From an uncultured Planctomycetia bacterium (GTDB lineage Bacteria; Omnitrophota; Gorgyraeia; B26-G9), in assembly GCA_964437495.1 (NCBI GenBank), contig CAYTGV010000004.1:40413-104412 (forward strand): DNA of 64,000 bases. Reading direction: 5' to 3'. A program made the translations under genes and the position numbers. Shown here piece by piece: positions 19,803-31,376 of this stretch. The stretch's first letter is position 1, and every line of letters begins with the position of its first letter. The notes under the pieces are model-generated. The model saw only the letters and a list, made by a program, of their open reading frames with translations, was not told the DNA's origin and made no database searches.

Positions 19803-20634
19803 ATGGGAGACGAAAATAGTAGTATCTATTTTTGAGGAAAATCTAAGGCCATATGTTTTTACTACACATAAACATAAAAGTAAGTATCTTCAGTTTATAA
19901 GAAATACTAATTTGCTGAAAAACAATAATAAAATAGCGCCTAGAATATTCAAATCATACCCACAATATAATACTGTTGTTTGTGAGCATATAGGTGACTT
20001 TTTATCCGAATATATACTCCGTAACCCTGAAGAGTTGCCCCAAATTTTAAATGCAGCTTCTGAATATCCTACAGATATTAATTTAATGAGCCGAGAGTTT
20101 GCGGGATTTAATATTCCGTCTATTGTCAGGTCTTCTTTGCAAATATCCGATAGACTTAGAGGCGAGTTTAATCTTTTGCCGTATAGCCGGACATCTCTCT
20201 CGGCTTGAAAAAAAGGGATTAAATTTTCTTATGGGTATGGCATTGAAGCCCCGTATATTTAGAATTTTAGAATCAATAAAACCGCGGGAAAAATTCAGGC
20301 ATTTACTACAGACTTGGATTATTTTACGGAAACAGAAAACTATTTCTGGGAACTGGGGTATTTCTATTCGTCTTTTAGATGGTTTAAAAAGATTTCAGTT
20401 TCTCTTGCTTGTAAGGCAGAAATAATTTTGCTATTCTTTATTGAGGACAGTGCCTTAGAATCAGAATTTATGTTTTGGCTGGGGGCTCTATCTAGTTATT
20501 GTGGATATAGAGATAATATTGTAGAGTGTGTAATAAAAGGAAAAGACATTCGGCAAAAAAAAGCATATCAGACAATTCAGTTTTTAGATGAAAAGGTCTC
20601 TTTTTTGGCAGAAAAGTTATTGTTAAGGATTTGA
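19803..20634 (+). pseudogene. Fragmented ORF, possibly phosphotransferase/kinase-like
   Basis: Three overlapping short ORFs; YGIEAPYI*NFRI and FTTDLDYF..WELG recall APH-like catalytic segments. Confidence 0.3.
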
Positions 20635-20660
20635 CCATATTGGGTGTATAATATTAAATT

Positions 20661-21299
20661 ATGAAGAACGTTTCTGAAAAATTAAGCTGGGAAATATTCA
20701 AAAAGTCATTGCTCTCTCTATTGACAATGCTATTATTCTTTTTAAGCTATATCTTTTATGAATTTAAAATATCCCCAATCATCTCCGCTGATTTTCGACA
20801 AGGATTAAAGAAATATATAGGCACTGTTTTTATACTTTGCGTTATTTTTGTCGTGCAAAGAATTGTCGGAGCTATTGCTACTTGGTATGAGAAAAATATT
20901 GCAGTTCAAACGCGTACCCATCTGGATGACGAACTTATCCCGCTTATCCGCAGATCACTTAAAATTATTTTTTGGGTAATCGGGCTGCTTGTAATATTAC
21001 CGTTTTACGGCATAAATATAAGTGCCCTGGTAACTGTTTTAGGGGTAAGTTCTTTGGCGATTGCTTTGGCGGCACAAGATACGATAGCTAATATTATTGC
21101 GGGGTTTCTTCTAATGATCGATAGACCTTTTCGCCTGGATGATAAAATTAAGCTGCCAACAGGTGAGATTGTAAAAGTTTTGGATATAGGGGTAAGAAGG
21201 TCCAGGTTTTTGTCTGAGGATAAGGCAATTATAATTGTCCCCAATGTAGATTTAAGTAAAAGCAAGATTGTAAATTATACATATAAGGAAGACAGATGA
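20661..21299 (+). CDS. Small-conductance mechanosensitive channel (MscS family)
   Basis: SLAIALAAQDTIANIIAGFLLMIDRPFR..D.I; IIVPN. Confidence 0.9.
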   Translation: MKNVSEKLSWEIFKKSLLSLLTMLLFFLSYIFYEFKISPIISADFRQGLKKYIGTVFILCVIFVVQRIVGAIATWYEKNIAVQTRTHLDDELIPLIRRSLKIIFWVIGLLVILPFYGINISALVTVLGVSSLAIALAAQDTIANIIAGFLLMIDRPFRLDDKIKLPTGEIVKVLDIGVRRSRFLSEDKAIIIVPNVDLSKSKIVNYTYKEDR

Positions 21300-23632
21300 T
21301 AGACAATAGCTATTATCAATATATAAAAGATGAATTGTGGCTTATAAAAGAAACAGAATGGGTTAGCAACTTGCAAAACATTCGGGAAGCGCAGTTTGCA
21401 TTAGGGAATGGATATCTGGGAACAAGAGGAGTTTTAGAGGAAATCCCGTCTGAGGCTAGGCCAGGAACATATATTGCCGGAATATATGATAAGCTTATGT
21501 CTCAGGTAACAGAATTGGTGAATTTCCCTAATCCGTTTAATTTTAAGCTTACAGTCAAGGGGGAAAAGCTTGATGTAAACGCAATGGATGTAGTTACTCA
21601 TACAAGAACCTTAAATCTAAAAAAAGCACTTCTTGTCCGGCGGACTGAGTATAAGAACAGTAAAGAAAATCGTTTTGATTATCAGTCTTTGCGGTTTTTT
21701 TCCATGGATGATAAAAATATCGGCGTTATGCAGATTGCCCTAACGCCGCTGGATAGCGAGTGTGTTTTAGATGTTAATACCGGGATAGATACTTCTGCTT
21801 GCAACACAGGCGCAGTTACAGAAGGCAGTAAAAGGCATTTTCGGGTACGTGAATTAGGGCAAGATAACAATGCGGGATATCTAGTTGCCGAGACGTTACA
21901 AAAAAAATACGGCCTTATATACTGGAGTGGTTTTTATTATCAAGCAGGTACTAAGAAAACATATGCAAAAGATAATATTTTCCAATTGAAAGTAAAAAAG
22001 GGGCAGACCGTTGTTTTTACTAAAGTTATCCATCTTAGCAGTTATCTGGTGAAAAAAAACAGTAATATTGCAAAGTTAAGGCAGTTTGCGTTTAAAAAGT
22101 TTAATCATTCGTTTCGAGCGCAGTTTAAGTCATTATTGAATAAGCATATAAAGGCCTGGGAAAAGTTATGGGAAATAGCTGATGTGCAGATAAAAGGAAC
22201 CATCAGTATTCAACAGAATTTACGATTTAATATTTATCATATGCTTATTTGCGGTCACGATGATAATGGGGTTTCCAGTGTTGGAGCGCGAACACTTTCC
22301 GGTGAAGGGTACAAAGGACATATTTTTTGGGATACAGAAGTTTTTATGTTCCCCTTTTATTTGTATACGCGTCCCCAGATAGCAAAAAACATGCTTCTTT
22401 ATCGATATAACCGATTGGATAAAGCGAGAGAGATAGCAGCTGCGCGGGGGTATAAAGGCGCGATGTTTTCTTGGGAGTCAGCAGATGATGGTACGGAACA
22501 GACCCCGACATGGTCAAAAGATATTAACGGGAAAATTGTCAAGATATTTACTCAAAAATTTGAACATCATATTACCGCAGATATTGTTTGCGCAATATAT
22601 TTATATTATCAGGCGACAGAAGATGCCCAGTTTATGGGGGAGTGCGGATATGAGATCATCTTTGAAGCAGCCCGTTTTTGGGCAAGCCGGGTTAAGTTGA
22701 ATAAAAAGCGCAATTGGTATGAAATAAACAATATTATCGGTCCCGATGAATTTCATGTTGATGTTAACAACAATGCCTTTACGAATATGATTGCAAAATG
22801 GAATCTTGTTGTGGCATCCAAAATGTTTCAAGACATGCAGAAAACTTTACCTCGAGAGTATGTGGCATTGAAGAGAAAAATTGGGTTAAAAAATAATGAA
22901 CCAAAGCAATGGAAAATGATCGCGGCACGGATTAAGCCAATCAACATGAATAAAGATGGTGTTATTGAACAATTTGACGGCTATTTTAAATTAAAGAATG
23001 TTACTATTAGGGAAACAGATGAAAACGGTATCCCCATTCTTCCCGTAAGGTCCGGAACAAAAGATATGAATATGACGCAGCTGGTGAAACAACCGGATGT
23101 TCTTATGCTTGTGTATTTACTTTCAGAAATGTTCAACGTTAAAATAAAAAAGGCGAACTATGATTACTATATGCCTAGGACTGTACATAAATCATCACTA
23201 AGCCCTTCTATATCTTCAATAGTGGCGTCGGAAGTCGGAGATATTTTTAGGGCATATCATTTGTTTAATGTAACCTTGAGAGCGGATATCAGCAACTTAT
23301 ATGGCAATACGCATGAAGGTATGCATGCTGCAAGTTTAGGGGGGACATGGCAGGCGGTTATTTACGGCTTTGCGGGACTGAGTATAAAAAAGGAAAGATT
23401 ACAAGTAAACCCCAGAATGCCAAAGACGTGGAACAGAATAATCTTTTCTTTTTGCTGGCAAGCATGTGTATTAAAATTTGAAGTTAGCAATAATATCATA
23501 CAAGTAAAAGTATTCTCCTCGAAGGAAAAGGAGATCAGTCTTGTGGTTTTTAAAAAAATGTACTTATTGAAAACAAATAAAACATATAGTTTTCAAAGAG
23601 AAGAAAAGCAGCGATTTGGATTCTATTATTAA
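21296..23632 (+). CDS. Glycoside hydrolase family 65 phosphorylase
   Basis: FALGNGYLGTRG, GEGYKGHIFWDTE, GPDEFH, KQPDV, HKSSLS. Confidence 0.93.
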   Translation: MIDNSYYQYIKDELWLIKETEWVSNLQNIREAQFALGNGYLGTRGVLEEIPSEARPGTYIAGIYDKLMSQVTELVNFPNPFNFKLTVKGEKLDVNAMDVVTHTRTLNLKKALLVRRTEYKNSKENRFDYQSLRFFSMDDKNIGVMQIALTPLDSECVLDVNTGIDTSACNTGAVTEGSKRHFRVRELGQDNNAGYLVAETLQKKYGLIYWSGFYYQAGTKKTYAKDNIFQLKVKKGQTVVFTKVIHLSSYLVKKNSNIAKLRQFAFKKFNHSFRAQFKSLLNKHIKAWEKLWEIADVQIKGTISIQQNLRFNIYHMLICGHDDNGVSSVGARTLSGEGYKGHIFWDTEVFMFPFYLYTRPQIAKNMLLYRYNRLDKAREIAAARGYKGAMFSWESADDGTEQTPTWSKDINGKIVKIFTQKFEHHITADIVCAIYLYYQATEDAQFMGECGYEIIFEAARFWASRVKLNKKRNWYEINNIIGPDEFHVDVNNNAFTNMIAKWNLVVASKMFQDMQKTLPREYVALKRKIGLKNNEPKQWKMIAARIKPINMNKDGVIEQFDGYFKLKNVTIRETDENGIPILPVRSGTKDMNMTQLVKQPDVLMLVYLLSEMFNVKIKKANYDYYMPRTVHKSSLSPSISSIVASEVGDIFRAYHLFNVTLRADISNLYGNTHEGMHAASLGGTWQAVIYGFAGLSIKKERLQVNPRMPKTWNRIIFSFCWQACVLKFEVSNNIIQVKVFSSKEKEISLVVFKKMYLLKTNKTYSFQREEKQRFGFYY

Positions 23633-23644
23633 GGGAGAATAGCT

Positions 23645-24814
23645 ATGAAAGAGAAATTACGGATTGCGCAGCTTCACTGGGGTTTTCCACCGCTTATCGG
23701 AGGCGTGGAAACGCATCTTACTATAATCATGCCTGAGATGGTGAAGTATGGACATGAGGTAAGCTTGCTAACCGGTTCTGCGGAAGGGGTTGAGGGGGAT
23801 TATAAATATGAGGGGGTTGATATATGCAGAACCCCGTTATTGGATTTAAATTGGTTGTATAAAAGAGGCTTAAAGGGTTTAGAAGCGGAAGTGCGAGAAC
23901 TGTATTGCGGTTTTTTTGAGCGGGTAAAACCAGATGTTATTCATGCGCATAATATGCATTATTTTAGTGAAGTCCATGCTCGCTTGCTTGAGGAAATGGC
24001 TTGCAAGCATAAAGCAAAACTTGTTTTGACCGCACATAATGTGTGGGATGATATTTTATATATGGATCTAACTCTTAAAATAAAATGGGATAAAATTATT
24101 GCAGTCAGCCATTTTATTAAACAAGAAATGCTTGGTATTGGGGTTGATGAGAAAAAAATAATAGTTATCCATCATGGGATCAAACAAGATATATTTTCTC
24201 CAAGAGACCCATTGCCTGCACTTTTTGAAAAGTATCCAAACCTCAAGAATCGGCCAATAGTATTTCATCCGGCACGCATGGGTCTTGCTAAAGGATGTGA
24301 TGTTAGCATAAAAGCAATTAATGTGGTTAAGAAAAAATATCCGGACGTGATGTTTGTATTTGCCGGGTCCAAGAATATTATTGATTGGGGGGATACCCAG
24401 CAGAAAGATATTGCGTACCTGGTAAGCCTGGTAAAGCATTTTAAATTAGAAGAGAATGTTTTAATGGACTGTTATTCAATAGAGCAGATGAGAGATATGT
24501 ATGCTGCTTGCGATGTGGTTATTTATCCCTCTACGGCCAATGAACCATTTGGGCTTGCTATGCTTGAGGCAATGGCGATGAAGAAGCCGATTATTGTAAC
24601 GGATATGGGGGGAATGCCTGAGATTGTTAAAGATAATATAAATGGGTTTGTTGTTCACCAACGGGATTTTGAGGCTTTGGGGCATAGAATAACCCGGCTG
24701 CTTGGGGATGATGCCTTACGTGACCGATTAGGTTCAACTGGCCGGCAGATGCTTGAATCGCAATATACGAAAGAGAAAGTGACTAACAATACGGTAGCGG
24801 TTTATTGTGAATAG
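23645..24814 (+). CDS. Glycosyltransferase family 4
   Basis: PPLIGGVETH, EPFGLAMLEAMA.KPII.T..GG.PEIV. Confidence 0.92.
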   Translation: MKEKLRIAQLHWGFPPLIGGVETHLTIIMPEMVKYGHEVSLLTGSAEGVEGDYKYEGVDICRTPLLDLNWLYKRGLKGLEAEVRELYCGFFERVKPDVIHAHNMHYFSEVHARLLEEMACKHKAKLVLTAHNVWDDILYMDLTLKIKWDKIIAVSHFIKQEMLGIGVDEKKIIVIHHGIKQDIFSPRDPLPALFEKYPNLKNRPIVFHPARMGLAKGCDVSIKAINVVKKKYPDVMFVFAGSKNIIDWGDTQQKDIAYLVSLVKHFKLEENVLMDCYSIEQMRDMYAACDVVIYPSTANEPFGLAMLEAMAMKKPIIVTDMGGMPEIVKDNINGFVVHQRDFEALGHRITRLLGDDALRDRLGSTGRQMLESQYTKEKVTNNTVAVYCE

Positions 24815-24860
24815 GAAGATGTATAGAAATTTTAATGGGAATTGATATTTAGAGATGCTT

Positions 24861-24914
24861 ATAGGTTCGAATTTTCGCGTCTGTCCCGCTGTTTTTTAGG
24901 CGGGAGGGGAGCCA
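24861..24914 (+). repeat. Junction E: tRNA T-arm/acceptor fragment interrupted by a small hairpin
   Basis: ATAGGTTCGAAT..TCCCGC..GCGGGA GGGGAGCCA; terminator-like hairpin 24944-24982 follows. Confidence 0.65.
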
Positions 24915-25137
24915 AAATTGCACTTACGAACCTTTGGTTCGTGAAAAAAAGGAGAAAATCCTAAACGGGTTTTCTCCTTTTTATTTGAATCCTTTTAAAG
25001 GGGGGGTAAAAAAGGAAAGTTGTTGCATATTTTTTTTACAGGGATACAATAAATTCGTTACTTATTAATAGAAGGTATTCCATGTTTTTTATTTTTAAAT
25101 AGGAAAAATTAGTGTTGAAAAACAATGGAGGAGTAAG

Positions 25138-25257
25138 ATGTCAGTAGAAAAAATCGGAGAGAATTATAAATGTAATATTTGTGGAAATGAAGTTGCTGTA
25201 ACCAAAGTAGGTGGGGGAGAACTTGTTTACTGCGATTAGCCAATGGAGAGGGTTTAG
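25138..25257 (+). pseudogene. Desulforedoxin-like FeS4 domain pseudogene
   Basis: YKCNICGNEV.V.KVGGGELVYCD*PM; canonical CCGxPM degraded, internal TAG. Confidence 0.7.
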
Positions 25258-25296
25258 GAGTTTCAAAACAGTTTTCTAGAAAGCAGGGAAAAATAA

Positions 25297-27491
<2,195 letters not shown>

Positions 27492-27594
27492 GCTTCAAAG
27501 CGTTGAATTAGTACTTTATGATTAATGCTAGGGAAGTAGTTGAAAAAGCTTAGCTCATTTATATGCTGGGTTTTTTTATTCCTGTCGCTTTATT

Positions 27595-27628
27595 AAAAAG
27601 TTGCGAAACTCGTCCAATGTGAGAGCCA
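27595..27628 (+). repeat. Junction F: conserved arm plus degenerate tRNA 3' end
   Basis: AAAAAGTTGCGAAACTCGTCCAATGTGAGAGCCA; hairpin 27635-27666 follows. Confidence 0.85.
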
Positions 27629-27820
27629 GTTTTCAAAAAGCCCAAGCAAACATTTTTGGGCTTTTTAATTTATGGGGTATAATATAGCAAGCAAATCATA
27701 GAACATCTTTACGCAAAAAGCATTACAAAAGAAACGAGCTAGATTTGCGCCATAGCTTGATCCGGGCGAGGGCCGTGCGCTTGCCTGCTCCCATATGGTT
27801 TTAAGAAAGGATGTATCATT

Positions 27821-29497
27821 ATGCATGGAAAAGATGCGTGCCCTAAAGATACTATTAGGAAAATTACGCAGATACTGAAACGAGCCGGCATGTCTATTGA
27901 AGAGGTGTCCTGGGAGCATCCTGTGCCTCACGTGTGGTCTGTGCATGTAAGAGAGAGCCAATGTCACGTATTGTGTGTGAATGGCAAAGGAACGACAAAA
28001 GCACTAGCCCTGGCGAGCGCAATGGGTGAGTTCATGGAGCGGTTAATAACAGGATATTCTTTTTCTGATTTCGCGTTAACAGGCATAAAGGCACAAAAAA
28101 AGTTTCTTTTTGCCCCGGATGAGAAATGGTTTACACTCCCAAGCACACGTTTGCCGAAAGGGCTCTTAACGACGAAATTGCGTGCGTTCTACAATCCAAC
28201 GGGTGAGCTGAAGGCACAAAACGTTGTGGATCGCATGTCGGTGGGATGCGGCAAAAACGCGATTTGCTCATTCCCTTTTCAGCGCACGGGTGATAAAGAA
28301 ACCGTTTATTTTCCCGTTAATATTTTGGATAATATCTATGCGAGTAATGGCATGTCTGCTGGAAACACAAAAGAAGAGGCGTGTGTGCAGGCACTTTCCG
28401 AGGTATTGGAGAGGTATGTTAAAACCGAGATCATCAGGAAAGGCATTGCATTGCCGGGTATCCCGAAAGACTTTTACGCCTCGCTTCATCATGTTGTTAA
28501 GGCGCTCGATGCTCTTGAGGGCGCGGGGTTTCGCGTACTTGTTAAAGATGCATCTCTTGGCGGGCGGTATCCGGTGGTCAATGTTACGATTATTGAGAAA
28601 AAGACGAAGAAATGTTTCCTTGCTTTTGGCGCTCACCCCTCATTTAAAATTGCGCTTTCGCGGACGGTAACTGAACTTTTGCAGGGTCAAAGGGTGGCGG
28701 CGTTTCGCGGGTTAAAAAAACCGAACAAGAGCAAAAAAGAAGTAAGCGATCAGTTTAATCTTGTTTCGCATTTCATCGATTCAAGCGGCGTAGTGTCGGA
28801 GGACTTTTTTAAAAAGAAGCCGGCGTACCGTTTTAAGCCCGTAGATTGCGTGGGAATGCGCAAGGAGGAAGAGCGATTTCTTCTTTCAATTTTTGCAAAA
28901 GCAAAAAAAGACGTATACATCAATGCTGTTTCAATTGATGGATTCTGCATTTGCCGCATCGTTGTTCCGGGGTGGTCTGAAGTGTATCATGTGGATGATC
29001 TGGTGTATGCGAATAATAACAGGGCGCGATGCTTAGTGAACTACGTGTTGAAGCTCTCATCGGGTGTACGGGCAGACTTAGAGAAAGCGCTGTCTTTCAT
29101 TGATGACGGTGCCCTTGGCGAGCAAGAGATAGTCGCGAGTGTTTTAGGTATAGCGCTTGATGAGTGTAGCCCGTGGAATCGGTTATGTTTCGGAGAGTTG
29201 AAGTTATTGATTCTCCTTGCTTTGGGAAAAAAGCGAGCAGCGCGTGTGCAGCTGGCATGGTGTTTTGATGTTGGGTGCGTGCGGGAAGAAATGAATGACG
29301 TGTATGAATGCCTGGCGTGTTTTTTAGATGAAAAAGATTCCGGTGGCTTCAAAGGAAGCGTTTTATCGCGAGCACACAAATTGTTTAGTAGTGTAGACGT
29401 GTTTCGTGATCTGTTTTCCCGCGGCGGCGTGATGCGTGGAACCCAGGTACACAAAAAAGTACTTAACGGTTTTTTAAGATCACGGACGATTATGTGA
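27821..29497 (+). CDS. ycaO: YcaO-like protein
   Basis: NGKGTT..ALASAMGEFMER, YASNGMSAGNT..EA.VQALSEVLER, DASLGGRYPV, FGAHP. Confidence 0.85.
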   Translation: MHGKDACPKDTIRKITQILKRAGMSIEEVSWEHPVPHVWSVHVRESQCHVLCVNGKGTTKALALASAMGEFMERLITGYSFSDFALTGIKAQKKFLFAPDEKWFTLPSTRLPKGLLTTKLRAFYNPTGELKAQNVVDRMSVGCGKNAICSFPFQRTGDKETVYFPVNILDNIYASNGMSAGNTKEEACVQALSEVLERYVKTEIIRKGIALPGIPKDFYASLHHVVKALDALEGAGFRVLVKDASLGGRYPVVNVTIIEKKTKKCFLAFGAHPSFKIALSRTVTELLQGQRVAAFRGLKKPNKSKKEVSDQFNLVSHFIDSSGVVSEDFFKKKPAYRFKPVDCVGMRKEEERFLLSIFAKAKKDVYINAVSIDGFCICRIVVPGWSEVYHVDDLVYANNNRARCLVNYVLKLSSGVRADLEKALSFIDDGALGEQEIVASVLGIALDECSPWNRLCFGELKLLILLALGKKRAARVQLAWCFDVGCVREEMNDVYECLACFLDEKDSGGFKGSVLSRAHKLFSSVDVFRDLFSRGGVMRGTQVHKKVLNGFLRSRTIM

Positions 29498-29504
29498 GAC
29501 GCCG

Positions 29505-29520
29505 CTAATATGGGGAGCCA
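29505..29520 (+). repeat. Junction G: partial arm plus tRNA-Asn-like 3' end
   Basis: CTAATATGGGGAGCCA followed by ATAATTTGTAAC, as at junction D. Confidence 0.75.
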
Positions 29521-29600
29521 ATAATTTGTAACCTTTTGCGATATAATATGTTGCAGAGGGTTTTTGTTTGATATAGAATAATAGAAAAGGAGGAGTGGTT

Positions 29601-29672
29601 ATGGGAGATAAAGGACAGAAAGATAAAGATAAGGCAAGTAAACAGAAGAAAGCAAAACAGAAAAAGAAGTAG
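29601..29672 (+). CDS. 23-aa Lys-rich peptide (MGDKGQKDKDKASKQKKAKQKKK)
   Basis: AGGAGGAG RBS; not in ORF track. Confidence 0.55.
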   Translation: MGDKGQKDKDKASKQKKAKQKKK

Positions 29673-29765
29673 CGGAGATCGTTCGGTCTATTGTAAAGAT
29701 TGCTTTTCAAAGCGTAAGGGTGAGGGGCGCTAAAATAAACAGCGTTTGTTGTGCGATATAGCCCA

Positions 29766-29790
29766 TTGCGAAACTCGCCCAATATAGGGA
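29766..29790 (+). repeat. Junction H: arm copy lacking GCCA
   Basis: TTGCGAAACTCGCCCAATATAGGGA. Confidence 0.7.
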
Positions 29791-29803
29791 CATAGAGGTT
29801 ATA

Positions 29804-30496
29804 TTGATTCCTTGGATTTTATTAGATAAAGTCATAGCCCCCGGAGACGGTAAAGAACTGAGGTTGTTCCAGCGGGATTCGGAGTTTTCAATTAAAGTAA
29901 GCGTTTATGAGCTTATGAACAGCCATGTTCATAACTCGGAAGATGCTTTAGCTAAACTCGCCTGTCTGAAGATAGGAAATCAGCCCAAGCCGCAAATTCT
30001 TATTGGTGGCCTGGGTATGGGATTTACTCTCAGAGCGGCATTGAATAACCTTAGTGTTGGGGCCCATGTTACTGTTGCTGAATTAATACCTGCTGTAGTT
30101 AAATGGAACCGTAGCTTCCTTGCTCATTTGGCGGGGAGCCCTCTTAATGACAAGCGGGTGACAGTTTATGAAGGTGACGTGGCCGATAAAATAAACACTG
30201 CTCACAATTTATACCATGCCATTCTTTTGGATGTAGATAACGGCGCGAATGGTTTGACGCAGAAAGAAAATGACAGTCTTTATACTCTTAAGGGACTCAA
30301 TGCCGCGTATGCTGCGCTACACACAGAAGGTGTTTTGGCAATATGGTCAGCTGGTCCGGATGAAATGTTTGTGAAACTTTTCCAAAAGGCCAAATTCAAG
30401 GCCAAAGAAACGTATGTGTCTAAACGTAGTGGACGTAAACGTGGCGGGCAAGCGGTAGTGTGGATTGCCATGAAACATGAAGATGCGACAATTTAG
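29804..30496 (+). CDS. Spermidine synthase-like SAM-dependent transferase
   Basis: ELMNS..H.SE..LA, ILIGGLGMGFTLRAAL, AILLDVDNG. Confidence 0.85.
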   Translation: MIPWILLDKVIAPGDGKELRLFQRDSEFSIKVSVYELMNSHVHNSEDALAKLACLKIGNQPKPQILIGGLGMGFTLRAALNNLSVGAHVTVAELIPAVVKWNRSFLAHLAGSPLNDKRVTVYEGDVADKINTAHNLYHAILLDVDNGANGLTQKENDSLYTLKGLNAAYAALHTEGVLAIWSAGPDEMFVKLFQKAKFKAKETYVSKRSGRKRGGQAVVWIAMKHEDATI

Positions 30497-30620
30497 ATAA
30501 TAAGTGCTAAGTTTCATATGAGTGTCGACCCCCTTTGTTTCATTAGATCATCAAAATCTATCCAAGATAATTTTTAAGGCCTATATTGATATAGGTGTAA
30601 ATATATTTGATTTGCAAACC

Positions 30621-30655
30621 AAAAAGTTGCGAAATTCGTCCAATACGGGGAGCCA
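30621..30655 (+). repeat. Junction I: conserved arm plus tRNA-Asn-like 3' end
   Basis: AAAAAGTTGCGAAATTCGTCCAATACGGGGAGCCA; hairpin 30661-30692 follows. Confidence 0.9.
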
Positions 30656-30712
30656 AAATTAAAAACCTCACATTTTAATGTGTGAGGTTTTTAATTTCAT
30701 ATTCATATTTTT

Positions 30713-31060
30713 TTATTTTACCAAGCTGTTGTTATTTTCTCGGTTTAATTCCAGTGTTAACCCTTGAATCTTTTCTTCTAAAAATAGTTGTTTTTTTTCC
30801 AGCGTATCAACGCGCTCGGTAAGCGCATCAATGATGACTTGTGTATCCCGGTCAAGTGTCTTTACGATATAAAACTTGCCTACTTTTTTAACACGGCTTC
30901 CTTTAGGCATAAGGATCTTTGTTTTTCCCACTTCTTTTAATTCCATGCCCTCAGGAATTTCTTCGTCCTGCGACATTTGCGCAAAAATTTCCATAGAAAA
31001 ACAAACAAATAAAAATATCATTAGAAGCACTGAATAAATAAGCAGCCTTTTATTTTTCAT
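30713..31060 (-). CDS. Small exported or membrane-anchored hypothetical protein with coiled-coil end
   Basis: Signal-like N-terminus from MKNKRLL (track start 31096). Confidence 0.6.
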   Translation of the reverse strand: MKNKRLLIYSVLLMIFLFVCFSMEIFAQMSQDEEIPEGMELKEVGKTKILMPKGSRVKKVGKFYIVKTLDRDTQVIIDALTERVDTLEKKQLFLEEKIQGLTLELNRENNNSLVK

Positions 31061-31117
31061 AACTAATAGTATAACAATCTCAAACGATATAAACAAACAA
31101 TAAAAGAGGGGAGGGGG

Positions 31118-31357
31118 GGGGTCAAGTCTCGACCTGACTACATGCCTATTGTTTGATATAATCCATGCAAGGTAAGGTTAATTTTTTTAATAATAAAACA
31201 AATTAAAATACCAATGGCTAGACCGTTACGAATATTGTTTGAAGGCGCATATTACCATGTTTTAAATTGCGGACAGAAAATAGCTAAAGACAAGAAATTA
31301 AAGGATAAGATTTCTAGATTAGCTAAGGCAATTTGTCAATAGTTCAGACCTGACCCC
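31118..31357 (+). mobile_element. Miniature RAYT (Y1 transposase)-derived element with internal deletion
   Basis: Inverted ends GGGGTCAAGTCT / AGACCTGACCCC; 42-aa ORF 31214-31342 beginning MARPLRILFEGAYYHV. Confidence 0.75.
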
Positions 31358-31376
31358 ACCAACTGACAAACTTTTT

